Shown here: positions 49,891-62,400 of the stretch, one piece after another
Numbering within the stretch: the first letter of the stretch is position 1
Layout: each line of letters begins with the position of its first letter
Assembly (NCBI RefSeq): GCF_041260155.1
Contig: NC_091937.1
Coordinates: forward strand, 6,640,626 to 6,704,625
Direction of reading: 5' to 3'
Source of the DNA: Ptychodera flava
Taxonomy: Eukaryota
Length of the DNA: 64,000 nucleotides
Translations under genes and position numbers: made by a program
Notes under the pieces: model-generated
What the model saw: only the letters and a program-made list of their open reading frames with translations
What the model was told of the DNA's origin: nothing
Database searches by the model: none

Positions 49891-50600
49891 CCCATATTGG
49901 TTTAACGTTTTGACCACTATAGAACTTACTCTTAATCACAGACCCAGTTAATGAACAGGACTGTATCCTCTCAAAGAACTTGTAAATCAAAGTACCCATT
50001 AACAAGTGGGGACTGTGTCATCAACAATGACTTGTTATCCCTTTTGTAATCTGTTACTTCATTTTGTGATAATTAACAGAACACAGAAATTTGCTTTTAA
50101 CATAAAAAAACAACCTAAAAATCATCATTATGATTGCAGTTATTGTTTGGATTTTTGTAAGCTTCCAAGGCATCACTGTCATTTTCAGTCCCCATGGATG
50201 AAGTCCAAGGGATTAACAGTTTTGGTCATGTCTGTCCATTTATGCAAGCTGTTTTTGAAGATGCCTGGACCCATTCCTTTCAACAGATCTACATGCATCT
50301 AATTTATAGGTCATGATACATCTTGTGTGGATACCAGGCTGCTGTTTTGTTATGATTACATCTCATGTCCATAGCATTAAAGAGGTATCTGAAATGATTC
50401 CATTGAAACTTTGTAGGAGGACATTGTATAATGGTGATATGGACATCAATTTGTGTTGCTAGAATAATTTCACTAAATGCATGCAAAAAACATTGAAAAT
50501 CAAAACAGGGATTAAGAGCTCCTAAGAAAAATTTGATCCATGTAGACTACGTCAATCAATGATGATTTGTGCATTTCTATTTCATGTATTTTGTTTCCAG

Positions 50601-50695
50601 TCTCTTTGAGAGAAGAGAAGATTTAGAAATATCGTCTTTCTATCAGAGTTATGGAACTATCAGTAGTGATAAGTACTATGGCTATGATGACTATG
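50601..50695 (+). CDS. exon: (D)LFERREDLEISSFYQSYGTISSDKYYGYDDY(g)
   Basis: Acceptor tgtattttgtttccAG and donor G|GTAAGT. Phase 2 in and phase 1 out bridge the previous and last exons exactly. LREDLFER follows the 14-3-3 LRDNLTLW register. Confidence 0.45.
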
Positions 50696-51570
50696 GTAAG
50701 TTTAGTGAATGACTTCCATGCAATTCAATGTGAAGTTATCTAATATTGATAATATCATCTAATTATAAGAGTGCAGGGGAATGGAGCATGGGTTGATGTG
50801 AAAGAGAACTTTTTTGCGGCCTCTAAAATGTTCAAAAGTGTACTCCCCTACTTTTATCACTTTGGGCACAAATTATCAATTATTGGTGTTCAGTGAAAAT
50901 CGAAGGCAGATGTGAATCTGCAGATCGTATTGTCACAAATAAATCTTATAAGCGTGTGTTCATGACTTATGACTTTCAAATTCAATTGAGTTCCTATAAA
51001 TATACATAATCAACAATGTTATTACAGGCATAGCATGTGCATATTTGAAAAAGCTTGAACAAGACAATATGGCTGCCACAACTCTGTAAAAATAACCAGA
51101 AATGGTGGACATAAAGAAGGAGAATCTTGTCAGAGTCACGGAGACATGATGAGATCCGTTGAAACACATGGCAACAGATATTCTCTACAGTGATATTCTA
51201 TTCTCTCTTTCCCTTGCAATATAACAAGTTTTGAAAAAAATTGCAGCAATAAAATGAACATATGCATATTTTATTAATGAGCATTGTTTCAGTATTGAAA
51301 TTGTATGGTAATGATACATGAAGTGATTATTGATAATTAAGTGTGTATAATGATGGTAACAATGCAGATAATTCACGTACCTGGCATGTTGCATGGTATA
51401 AAAATGGAGTGAAAATCATTACAAGTAATTGCCAATTCTGTCAAAAGTGAATGTTGTCACGATGCAGGTAAGGGATGTGTCATTTTGGAATTCAGAGAAA
51501 GTTGAGGAAATTTTGATTTGAATTAATCATTGTGTAGCTCATAGGTCTTTAAACTTTGTGTATGATGCAG

Positions 51571-51857
51571 ATTATGAAGATGAGGTATATGGCATGCTCT
51601 TCATGGACAATGGCTCATTTATGACTGATGTTGGATTTGCTGGCTCTCCACAGCCTAAGGCAACCTTTCCAACAGTTGTTGGCCGTCCCCGTCACCAAGG
51701 TGTCATGGTTGGTATGGGTCAGAAAGACAGCTATGTGGGATTTGAAGCAGTTGGTGGGAAACCAAAGCGTTTCCTGACAGAGGAAAAGTCCGTCTTAGCT
51801 CTAATAAGACGTAAAGCAGGTGAATGCAACGTTGTCAATGGTTCTACTCTGGAATAA
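51571..51857 (+). CDS. terminal exon with an actin-derived segment: (D)[94 protein letters not shown]
   Basis: Acceptor tttgtgtatgatgcAG. [20 protein letters not shown] is 20/20 identical to actin residues 37-56. DNGS, GFAG and FP..VGRP match the actin N-terminus [29 protein letters not shown]. The sequence diverges after codon about 60. Stop TAA at 51855-51857. Confidence 0.55.
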
Positions 51858-51858
51858 A
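51853..51858 (+). promoter_or_regulatory. AATAAA polyadenylation signal overlapping the stop codon (ggAATAAAat)
   Basis: Canonical hexamer seen directly. It is the first one after the terminal CDS. Confidence 0.5.
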
Positions 51859-52428
51859 ATAGACGCAATGTGTTTCCCATACTCAATATGTCCAAAAGAT
51901 CATGTGATGCCGGTAAAAACAAACCGATTTGTATAAATGCATATAGAAATGCACGTATTTCTGGACGTGTTTGTGAATGTGGTTTGTTTGTACCATGGTC
52001 CATTCAAATTCCGGGTCTAACCTATCCTGGTGCATGCTATGTTTTAAACCAGTTTAAGTGCAATCAGTGCGACTCTCTTGCAAAGTGTTTATCTGGTAGA
52101 AGAATGGGTATTATTCTATGTTGAAGAGGCTGAACATAAGTTATGCAAAGTAGTTGTTGAAGTTGGTAGCTAAGTAGGTATTGAAAGCTAGATGATTTAC
52201 AATGTCATTCTCAGTACTTAATGAAGAGTACCGGGGTATAAGTGCATGCACTCATGCATATTTGACACTGACAAAATCACAAGAACATGATAGTTCTGTT
52301 TGCTTTTAAATCACCAGATAAAGTGCATGGGTGCATGATTTATGAATAATCCTGATTAACAATGTGTCATTTTGATTGCATATGCATACTTTAGCAATTA
52401 AAAGACCAATAATTGATATTTTTTGTCA

Positions 52429-52464
<36 letters not shown>

Positions 52465-52497
52465 CTTTTTTTTTCTTTCTTTCTTTCTTTCTTTCTT
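52429..52497. repeat. compound microsatellite (AC)12(AT)6 T-run (CTTT)5
   Basis: Seen directly. Confidence 0.9.
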
Positions 52498-53104
52498 ATT
52501 CTTCAAAATTTATGTTGAAATACAAACTATTTTCACTTTGTTTTGTTAACAAAGTCATTCTTATCTAGACTAAATATTAGTTGTCAACATTAACATTGGA
52601 TATAATGTACAGGTGGGCTGTGCCAACAACTTGTACACCAGACACTGGGGCATATTTGAGACAAGAACAAGAGCTATTTTATCAACAGATCAAAAATACT
52701 GCTCAGGGTTATATGTATCGAAGATCATAGCTGATGATGCTTTCAATAACACAAGCTATGATATTGCATATCAAGTAGTAGATATACGATATTGATAATA
52801 TTGATGTGGATTGTTTTCAGCAGATATTGACTTTGAAAAGGCTATGTGTGCAAGATTACTAGGAAACACCCAATCAAGGCCATCACCAGTAAGTAATCTC
52901 ATCAATTCCATATATGCCATATTTGCCTTTCCAAAATTCAGCATCAAATGTTTTGATTTTGGAGCCATGAAAGTACTTTTTATGTTTTGATTTTGACTTT
53001 TTCCAAGGTAAAAGCTTTGTTAATGTTTACTAAATATGCAAGGGAAAACAGAAAAAATGAGATGTCTTTTATTATCTTCTCAAGGAAAAATAGGCATTTT
53101 AATT

Positions 53105-53600
53105 TTTCTGGTAGACTTAACTCAAAGACTGGCAGCCATAATTTCTGTGTGAACACAATGGGGAAAATTTGAATTACTAATTTGTGTTCAACAATTAGAA
53201 GACACTGAAACTTCACTTACTTCAAGAGCTTCAAAATGAGGCCACACAAGTGGTAGATCAGAAAAGTATTATAAAATTTTGTGAGTCCAAATATCTGTCA
53301 CCAAAATGCATTCTACCATTAGCTCTTTGTGAGTCCAAATATCTCTCACCAAAGTGCATTCTACCATTAGCTCTTTGTGAGTCCAAATATCTCTCACCAA
53401 AGTGCATTCTACCATTAGCTCTTTGTGAGTCCAAATATCTCTCACCAAAGTGCATTCTACCATTAGCTCTTTGTGAGTCCAAATATCTCTCACCAAAATG
53501 CATTCTACCATTAGCTCTTTGTGAGTCCAAATATCTCTCACCAAAATGCATTCTACCATTAGCTCGTTTTGTAAGACCTTTGAATGATGCTGTATCACAA
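53105..53600 (+). mobile_element. SINE-like family copy (plus) whose 3' tail has been tandemly amplified (see repeat 53281-53568)
   Basis: Core gactggcagccataatttctgtgtgaacacaatgggg, then six copies of the tail motif. Confidence 0.7.
53281..53568. repeat. 48-bp minisatellite, 6 copies (gtgagtccaaatatctctcaccaaagtgcattctaccattagctcttt)
   Basis: Exact period of 48 seen in the sequence. It explains track ORFs 53250-53635 on three frames with 16-aa peptide repeats. Confidence 0.9.
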
Positions 53601-54689
53601 TATATTGAAAACTTCTGACCTCCCTGTGGCAACAACTATATTTCTAGAAGGCAGTGGTTATCTAATGCTTACAGAGGAAATATCATGTATCTCCTGTGCT
53701 GGTAAAAACAGCACCAATTCTCGCTACCTGAAATAGCTTTTATCTTGTGCTGGGGCGGTGGGCAAACTACATGATATTGAAATGCATTGTGGGTAAAAAG
53801 TCAACCAACAAGAGTTTGAGATAGTGATCTCATAAATTCTTTGAACACAAATGTGTATCGTTTTAATGGCAAAAGTTTGGGTTTTTTTGTGGAACCACTA
53901 AACTCATTTACCTTGTCATCTTTTTAGGCATTACTGGCATTAAATTTCTGTATAACCTTAAACATAACATTTGTAATGTGTGTTTTATGTGTAGAAATCT
54001 GCCAAATGGTCAATTGCCTGAGACTTTTATGACCCACCTTCGTGGAAAAATCATTACCGAGAATTGAAGGGCACTTTTCATAAAGCAGCAGCATAATTGA
54101 TTCACTTTTATGTATTCCTCCTAGGCTGTCAGAGTGATCAAATGTACTTCAAACCTAGGTCCCTCATAAGGGACCATGTTAAAATATTGCATACAGTTGC
54201 AAAATTGCAAGCTGAATGTCGATCTGCATGTATAATGATTGTATATACCATCATTGGATAGGGTTTGGTGATTTTGTAAACACCAATGCCAAAAAGACTC
54301 TGCTATCTGTAAATATTGAAATAAACTTGGTGAAACAATCAGTAATTGGCCAATTATTACTCATGAATATTTATAACCTTCACAAACAGTGTGCGAAATT
54401 TAGAGAAAATAGCTTCAGGTCATAAGGACCTGCACCGAGCCAAAGCTTCTGGTCCTTACAGAAAACTGCCGGTCCTCAATAAAGGCACTTGTTAACGACC
54501 ATTAAAGTCAACTTCTCCACCAATACTATGCTTTCGAATGTTGTAATATTTAATTTTCGTGTCCTTTTATCAATAGAGTCAGCAAGTATTAACTCCAAAT
54601 GACTATTCACATAAATTGCAGAATAGGGTAAGTGAATGATCATGAAATATTCATCTACATGATCTGGAATCTGAAAAAGATCACAGTCC

Positions 54690-56420
54690 TCATCTTCCTC
54701 ACTGTCATGCACACACATTTATCAATGTTTTCCACCATTTGGGGGACTATGGGACTAACAGGAGAATTTGACATTTTTTCTAGCCATGTCAAATCCCCCA
54801 CTCTCGGACTATAAAATGATGTCAAACACCCAGGGGCCAGGGAATACAGGCTCATGCACTGGCTACATGTGGCTGATGAAAGCGATAAAGTTTGTCTCTC
54901 ATGACTGTCTATGGGGAATGGTACGTGTTCTCTACATTGCTGTGTACAATTGTACACTACACCAGGGTATGTGATATTGTGATTTGAAAATGGTTGGCGA
55001 GCTGAAAATCACTTCTGAAATTTGCCAACGCAAGTGGTAGAAGAGTGCGTGAATAACTTAGTACCCTGTTAACGCAAAGTCATGAGTAAGGGGAGTGTAT
55101 GAATAAATTTTTTATGCAAACATTGATCACTACAACTTTTTTCTTAATGGAAAACAGAAGGAAGAAAATACTTGGTATGGCTTTTGATATGACGTATGGA
55201 TTACTTTCAAAATTTTTCAAAAAATAAATATGCTTAAATGTGGCCTCTGTTGCATTCATGAAGAAACAGATGAAGTTATACTTTTAATTAAAAGGACAAG
55301 TATCGTAACTTTTTTTCGATTATAAAAATTGCAGACAACATGAATGGCACACGTCACCACTTGTGGAAATGAATGCATATTTTCTGATTGAAAAGTTTTG
55401 ACTGAGCGATTGCTGGGTCTCATCGCCCTTTGAAAGCGTAAAGTTATTAAAATGACTCTGAAAAGTTTGACAGACACTCGATACTGCTGAAAACCATCGA
55501 CACGATCAGTTAATGATACCGTAAAATCTTAAAAGACGTAATTTTTTGCGACATTTAGGCCTACAGTCCAGAATGACACTGAGTTTTGCCTGTCTGTCGT
55601 AAAACAGTATACATCGAAACAATTTGAAGCCCTACTCTCGACCTCTGAGAGTATACACGACGGATCGTGCAACTCGACAAAACTGTTAATGATAAGGCCG
55701 CTCTGTTTTATAAAATGTGCATTTGTTATCACGATATATCATGGTAACAGTCGGCCTCTTGACTTTGGTTGAAGACCAACGAATGTTAGCAAGATGTTCT
55801 AGCGGTCACAAACAAACGCAGCGAAACGTGAACTTGACTGTCGACTGGCAGGTAGCACAATTGGGCTGTCGTGTAACATCTAGTCCTTGTATCTGGCGTA
55901 GTTCAAAACGATAGAGGTAAAAAAATACCTCCATATTCAAAACCAAATATGTTTAGCCAACAGCACTGATCTCGTAGTAGGTTTTTGTCTTAAACTCTTC
56001 ATTGAACCGTTTATGTTTTGAACTCTTCAATGGAATTTACTATGTACATTTGTGTACACGTAAATTCCGAACACTTAAAGTGTGGAACTAGTGAAGTGAT
56101 ACTGGGTGTTGTTATCATATGACACAGATATGCTAACATTACCAGGGTTACACTCACTAGACGATTGTATCACATTGTTGCACCAAAATCAATCCATTCC
56201 ATTGCTAGAATCTGCATGCACGGACGTAATTCATACTGATCTGAATGCAATCAGCTGCACCGTGCTATGCGCGTCGATCGGAGGGATTAGTGGCGTACCA
56301 TAGAGATCGAATTCCCCACCACCAGGATACGAAGTGCGATCAATATCCCTGTTGCCCCGCACTCCCACGGTGGAAAACATTGATAGGTGCATGACATTCA
56401 AGTCTGAATCACATAATTCA
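54690..56420. repeat. inverted duplication: 54690-54960 (+) and 56100-56420 (-) share a diverged ~250-bp segment, enclosing a CpG-rich core (55440-55910) and flanked by direct repeats ttcag.tcataaggacc at 54412 and 56490
   Basis: gtcatgcacacacatttatcaatgttttccacc...ggagaatttgac on the + strand matches the reverse complement gtcatgcacctatcaatgttttccacc...ggggaattcgatc. Track ORFs 54632(+) and 56231(-) both read VMH.HLSMFST. Confidence 0.45.
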
Positions 56421-57009
56421 GAGTCAGTCATCATCTGCATCTGTTCAGATCTTGAGGAGAAATTTTTATCATTTATTCCAAATTTCAGTCGGTCATAAGG
56501 ACCGACATGTTGCTAAAAACTTTCGGCTCGACGAGAAATCTGTCGGTCTCGGACCGTCGGACCAACGTTAATTTTGCACACTGTTCACAAATCCCATGGT
56601 TTCCTGTCTCCTGGTAGCTGGGAACCTGCCCCAAACAGTGGGAAATAATTATCCAAAACACAGTAACCATACTGCATACTACTATTGCTACATTGCAAAG
56701 CATCCTTTGAATGACAACCATTTAGGTAGCTGTGTCTTTTTCTCCAGCAACAGCAACAGTCTTTTTGTGTTCCTGAGAATGCTTCAAATGCATAATACTT
56801 TGCTTACCAAGTCTTTGCATTTCAGACGTCATCAATCTCTATCTATCTCATCCTTTCATTCCTCTATCAGTAGACCAAATTTGTGGAGTTGATGAATTGT
56901 TAATCACCAATCCAAGTCTTAGAAGTTTATGTGTGGTCATCTAGAACTGAATAAAATCTTGTAGATTTGACTTTTGCAAATAAAAATTTTTTAATAATAA
57001 TTATGCTTT

Positions 57010-58990
57010 TAGCTCACATTTGGTTTTACCAATGTGAGTTTATCGTATAGGCTGAAGTCGATGGCGTCTGTATGTATGTGTGTATGTATGTATGTATGTA
57101 TGTATGTACAGTATGTCCGTCAACATCAAAAACACGCAAACCGCTGCACGTTTCAGCTTGGTATTTGTTGTGTGGATGCATCCTGGGCTATAGATGGGAT
57201 TTTGTTCAAATGAAGTCTGCATTGCCAAAATTATGCAAATGAGCTTACAAAATGTGAAAATGGTCAAGAATTAATAACTCAAGAACTGCTTTTTTGATTG
57301 CTTTGAAAATTTGTGTGCAAGTACCTTAGGTTAACCTTATACAGTTTTATGAATATTGTGAAGATATCCTTAATTTTGTATTTTTGCTGAATTTTTTGGT
57401 GATTTTTCTCATTTTCAGTAAAAATTCTTCTTCTCTGAAACCGCCGGCCCAATCGCTCTCAAATTTGGGTTGTCTCTTTGCGAGGGTGTTACTCTTCTAA
57501 TTTGTTGAAATTATGACAAAATTGGGAAAATTACTATTTTTGTGCAATTTTGTCATTTTTGGTCAAAAAATCTTAGACAGTGTTTCCTTTTTAAAACCCC
57601 TGGACAGACAGCTTTCATATTTCGTACACAGACGTACAGAGATGACAATAGTTAGATATGTGGAAATTGTCCTGAAATATAAAAAATTGTATTTTTAAGA
57701 CAATATTGTCATTTTTGGTCAAGAAAACTTTATCTCAACATTACTTGTTTGATAGCTTTGTAATTTGGTATAAAGTCCCGAAAGATGTTATTAGATAAAT
57801 TTTCTGCTCAAAGTGTTGGGAAACCCCAAAATTTGTATATTTTAGGTACTATTCTCAGTTTGTGACCTTAAATGACCTATACTAACCCAAGATATGTTGT
57901 GAGACAATTTTGAAGGCTGTGAACATAATTTTGTCATATTTGATACCAATTTGTAGGAAAATTTGATCCAGAAAACAAAGCTGAGGTGATTTTTTTCATT
58001 TTGGACCAATTTTTGCAACTTTTCTATGTAAGACATACAAAAACTGATGAGAAATTTGGATCCAGGATAATTCAAGATGTTGTAATCACCACCCACAGTG
58101 GAAGGCATTTCACTATCTGTAACTAACTTAAGTGGCTGTTTACATAAGAATGATAACACTCATGGCATTAATTAAAAATCTCCAAGGTTGTAAATGTACT
58201 TCCTGTCATTTGGTCTTATGTAATACCAAGGGGTGGAACATTTGATATGCAGGAGGGGTAGGGTTTAGAAGATCAATGATGTAGCATTACTTTTTTACCA
58301 GATCCCTTGTGCATTTTTTGCCCACTCCCACCTTTTCTTTTTATCAAGCCTTCTCTGTTTTTTGTTGTTGACATTTGCTTATGTATTTAGGATCTGCTTC
58401 TCCCATTGCTATAGAAGTTGATATGCTTGTTCCTCAGGATGACCTCCAGTACCTAAGTTGGAGACCTTCCTGGTTTAAATATTTCTCGAATGGACCAATT
58501 CAAACCGAATGTGAGCACATAGTGTCCTTGACGGTATTTTCACTTTAATGCACTGAAATTTCCCAATAACGATTGCTTTGGTGTTCGATGCAATTGTTTT
58601 TACGGATGCCCTGTTTCATATTTGTTAAACCTATTTATTTTCTGATGGCGTTTGTCCATTCATTTCAAATTTGGTTTCTTTCTTTGCTCTTGGGAATTAT
58701 GGGGCCATGCAGATATGTCAAAATGGTGATGAAATTTGCAAACTAACATGTAAAATTTTTGAGCCAATTTTCTCGTTGTCCATCATAACATTTCCCACCA
58801 CATAGCCATGTACCTGACTGCTTTCAAGTTTGGCTTGTAGGTTCCTTGTTACATATACTACTGTATCCAGATTTGTTCAAATGATGATGAAAATGTGTGT
58901 AACAAACTTCTTGTGTCTCATTGTTTATCTTACTGGAAACAACATCTCAAAAACCACTCAAACGAAAGCTTTTAATCATTCTTCATCTTT
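57010..58990. mobile_element. composite of family A (head tAGCTCAcatttggtttta, (GTAT)n at 57068-57108, tandem units) with a family B tail fragment at 58440-58520
   Basis: Same head, microsatellite and unit architecture as 7134-8376 and 38001-39290. It has the unit motifs attgctttgaaaatttg and atttttggtcaaaaaatctt. Confidence 0.5.
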
Positions 58991-59165
58991 TTTGTAGAAA
59001 AACACTTCATATTTGTCAAAAATAACAACATTTTGGGAGTATGAATCGCTTGATAGCATGTTTAGTATTGAGGTTCCTATGGATGAGCTCATCAAGTTAA
59101 CTTATACGTTGAATTAAATTAAGTCTTTTGGGCTGGTTTTCTAAAACATCAGATACTTCATTTAT

Positions 59166-59328
59166 TAGCTCATATTTGGTTTTATATATAAATACCAAAA
59201 AGAGCTTATATGATGAGTCTGAGTGGCATCTGTGTCTGTATATTTGTGGGTATGTGCGGATGTTTGTCCATCACACACAAAGGCTCCCATACCGCCAAAG
59301 CTACCGTCTCAGTATTTTTTAAACCCCC
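59166..59328. mobile_element. family B truncated copy (5' 160 bp only)
   Basis: tAGCTCATATTTGGTTTTAtatataaataccaaaaagagcttatatgatgagtc...gctaccgtctcagtattt. Confidence 0.6.
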
Positions 59329-59671
59329 TGACAGTGTATCATAGTTACAAACATATCATCTTTGGTATTAAATTTGCAAGAGCACAATCTGAAAGTTTCA
59401 TTTAAATTAAGAACAAAGTCCAATTATTGTGTAGTAATGATAGATCATTGTCATTGATATTACCGGTAATGCCATAGGTTTTAACCTTATTCTTCATTTT
59501 TTTTTCTATTCCATGATAGCGTATACCGGTACGTAAATTTGCAAGGACCAAAGCCGACGATGACAAGAAGAGTTCTGACGTATTTCACAAGAAATCAGAT
59601 GTTGAAGAGGCAATTGTGCTTGGAGGTATACCAGAGCTTGCATTTGTGGTTAAAAGATCAGTATTATACAG

Positions 59672-59822
59672 TAATTAGAGGTTATTACCCAATATTGCCT
59701 GTTCCTGTGTTGTATCAGCATGAGTGTCATTTGTGCTGCGTCAGACACGAGACGAAGTCGAGTGTCTGAGGCAGCATAAATGACATGAATGCTGATACGA
59801 CGCAAGGAACACGTGATATTGG
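59672..59822. repeat. ~70-bp-arm imperfect inverted repeat (arms about 85% matched) centred near 59748
   Basis: ggttattacccaatattgcctgttcctgtgttgtatcagcatgagtgtcatttgtgctgcgtcagacacgag ... ctgaggcagcataaatgacatgaatgctgatacgacgcaaggaacacgtgatattgggtaataac. Confidence 0.7.
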
Positions 59823-60289
59823 GTAATAACTAATTTATCATATACTCATGCCCAGAAATTTACTAATAATACTTATAACGCCTTGCGCATAAATATCTAA
59901 ATATTTGTGTGAAAAGGCTTCATTCATAAACTATACAAAAAAGTCAACATCAAGCGCGACATCACTGCAAATCCTCCATATGTCAATGAACCGCAAGAAG
60001 AAAGACACCGGGATTCAAAAATGTCATACAGGAGAAACCTTTTAAGGTGCAATATACTATTACAATTGTAACAGATCAAAAACTGTCCTCAGCTTTAAAT
60101 TTGTCCTGTCTTCGATCGCACTCTTTTGTCGTATGGAACGGAGTGGGGTTGCAATTTTGATTGTTAACACTGAAAGTTGCCATGTCAACAGGCGTCGCGT
60201 GCGCGACACTTCGCTGTCATGCCACGTGCTCGCTACCTGTAGACCATGCCATGGCCAGAAGTCGGGATTTTTTCATTTTAGACATTTTA

Positions 60290-62400
60290 CATTTTAGTAG
60301 TGCATGTTTGACATGTTAGGTCGGAACTAACGTGACCAAAAAAGCCAAACTTGCAAAGCTATCGTGTATCGTGCAGACCCAACATATCCGCACCTATCGT
60401 TTCTAAAATGTCTAACGTGTATGTCAGGTCGGAACTAACGTGCCTAAAATGCCAAACGTGCAAACCTATCGTGTATCGTGCAGACCTAACGTTAATAACC
60501 TATGTCTAACATGTATAGCATTTTAGGGCGTACAAATTAATAAGTCCTATTCTATCATGCCAATCGTGCAAACCTATCGTGTATTGTGCACACCCAACAT
60601 GTATCCTATCGTGTATCGTGCAGACCTAACGTGTACGGACCTAAAGTGTCTAAAATGTCAAACGTGCATGTCATTTTAGGTTCTCAACATGGGTCAAGTC
60701 TATCATGCCAATCGTGCAAACCTATCGTGTAACGTGCCGACCTAACGTGTACGGAACTAACGTGTCTAAAATGTCTAACGTGTATATCATGACTGTACCA
60801 TTCAACTTATCTGGAGACCCTAAAATGACATACACTTTAGACATTTTAGACACGATAGGTTTGCATGATTGCCATGATAGCTCTTGACTCAATTAGAGAC
60901 CCTCATTGACATACACGTTTGACATTTTAGACACGTTAGCTCTGTCAACGTTAGGTCGGCACGTTATACGATATGTCTTATGATTGCCATGATACAATTC
61001 TACTTATCTTGAACCCTAAAATGACATACACTTTTGACGTCTATAGACACAATGTCTAACGTGTATGTCGTTTTAGGTTGTCAACATGAGTCAAAATCTA
61101 ACATGCCAATCGTGCAAACCTATCATGTATCGTGTAAACCTAACGTGTACGGACCTAACGTGTCGAAAATGTCTAACGTGTATGTCATTTTAGGTTCACA
61201 ACATGGGTCAAAATCTATCATGCCAATCGTGCAAACCTATCGTGTATCGTGCAAACCTAACATGGTCAGCACGTTACACGATAAGTTTGCACGATTAGTA
61301 TGATAGATTTTGTCTCAATTACATCCTAAAATGACATACACGTTAGACATTTTAGACACTTTAGCTCCATAAATCTTAGGTCAGCACCTTATACGATATG
61401 ACTCAAGATTCACGTGATGGCCTACAAACACGGTAGGAGACTAACTCTATCACGCCAATCGTGCAAACCTATCTTGTATCGTGCAAACCTAACGTGTACG
61501 GACCTAACGTGTCTAAAATGTCTAACGTGTATGTCATTTTAGGTTCTCCACATGGGTCAAAATCTAACATGCCAATCGTGCAAACCTATGGTGTATCGTG
61601 CACACCTAACGTGTACGGACCTAACGTGTCTAAAATGTCTAACGTGTATGTCATTTTAGGTTCTCAACATGAGTCAAAATCTATCATGCCAATCGTGCAA
61701 ACCTATCGTGTATCGTGCAAACCTAACGTGTACGGACCTAACGTGTCTAAAATGTCTAACGTGTATGTCATTTTAGGTTCTCCACATGAGTCAAAATCTA
61801 TTATGCCAATCATGCAAACCTATCGTGTATCGTGCACACCTAACGTGTATGGACCTAACGTGTCTAAAATGTCTAACGTGTATGTCATTTTAGGTTTTCA
61901 ACAGGACTCCAATTTCTATCATGCCAATCATGCAAACCTATCGTGTATCGTGCAAACCTAACGTGTACGGACCTAACGTGTCTAAAATGTCTAACGTGTA
62001 TGTCATTTTAGGTTCTCCACATGGGTCAAAATCTATCATGCCAATCGTGCAAACCTATCGTGTAACGTGCAGACCTAACGTGTACGGACCTAACGTGTCT
62101 AAAATGTCTAACATGTATGTCATTTTAGGTTTTCAACATCGGTCAAAATCTACCATGCCAATCGTGCAAACCTATCGTGTATCGTGCAAACCTAACGTGT
62201 ACGGACCTAACGTGTCTAAAATGTCTAACGTGTATGTCATTTTAGGTTCTCCACATGACTCCAATTTCTATCATGCCAATCATGCTAACCTATCGTGTAT
62301 CGTGCAAACCTAACGTGTACGGACCTAACGTGTCTAAAATGTCTAACGTGCAGACTTTTACAGTGTTTAGTCATGCACGTTTGTCCTACACGTTTGGGTT
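60290..62400. repeat. ~117-bp satellite array, about 17 units, with orientation-switched segments at 60800-61050 and 61290-61400
   Basis: Unit gtctaaaatgtctaacgtgtatgtcattttaggttctcaacatgggtcaaaatctatcatgccaatcgtgcaaacctatcgtgtatcgtgcaaacctaacgtgtacggacctaacgt. Regular period 61500-62340. Flanked by direct repeats gctcgctacctgtagaccatgcc at 60229 and 62487. Confidence 0.85.

Noticed and set aside
53250-53635. Three overlapping long ORFs on both strands with 16-aa peptide repeats (CESKYLSPKCILPLAL and others)
   Set aside because: They are produced by reading through six copies of a 48-bp minisatellite derived from a SINE tail. They are not genes.
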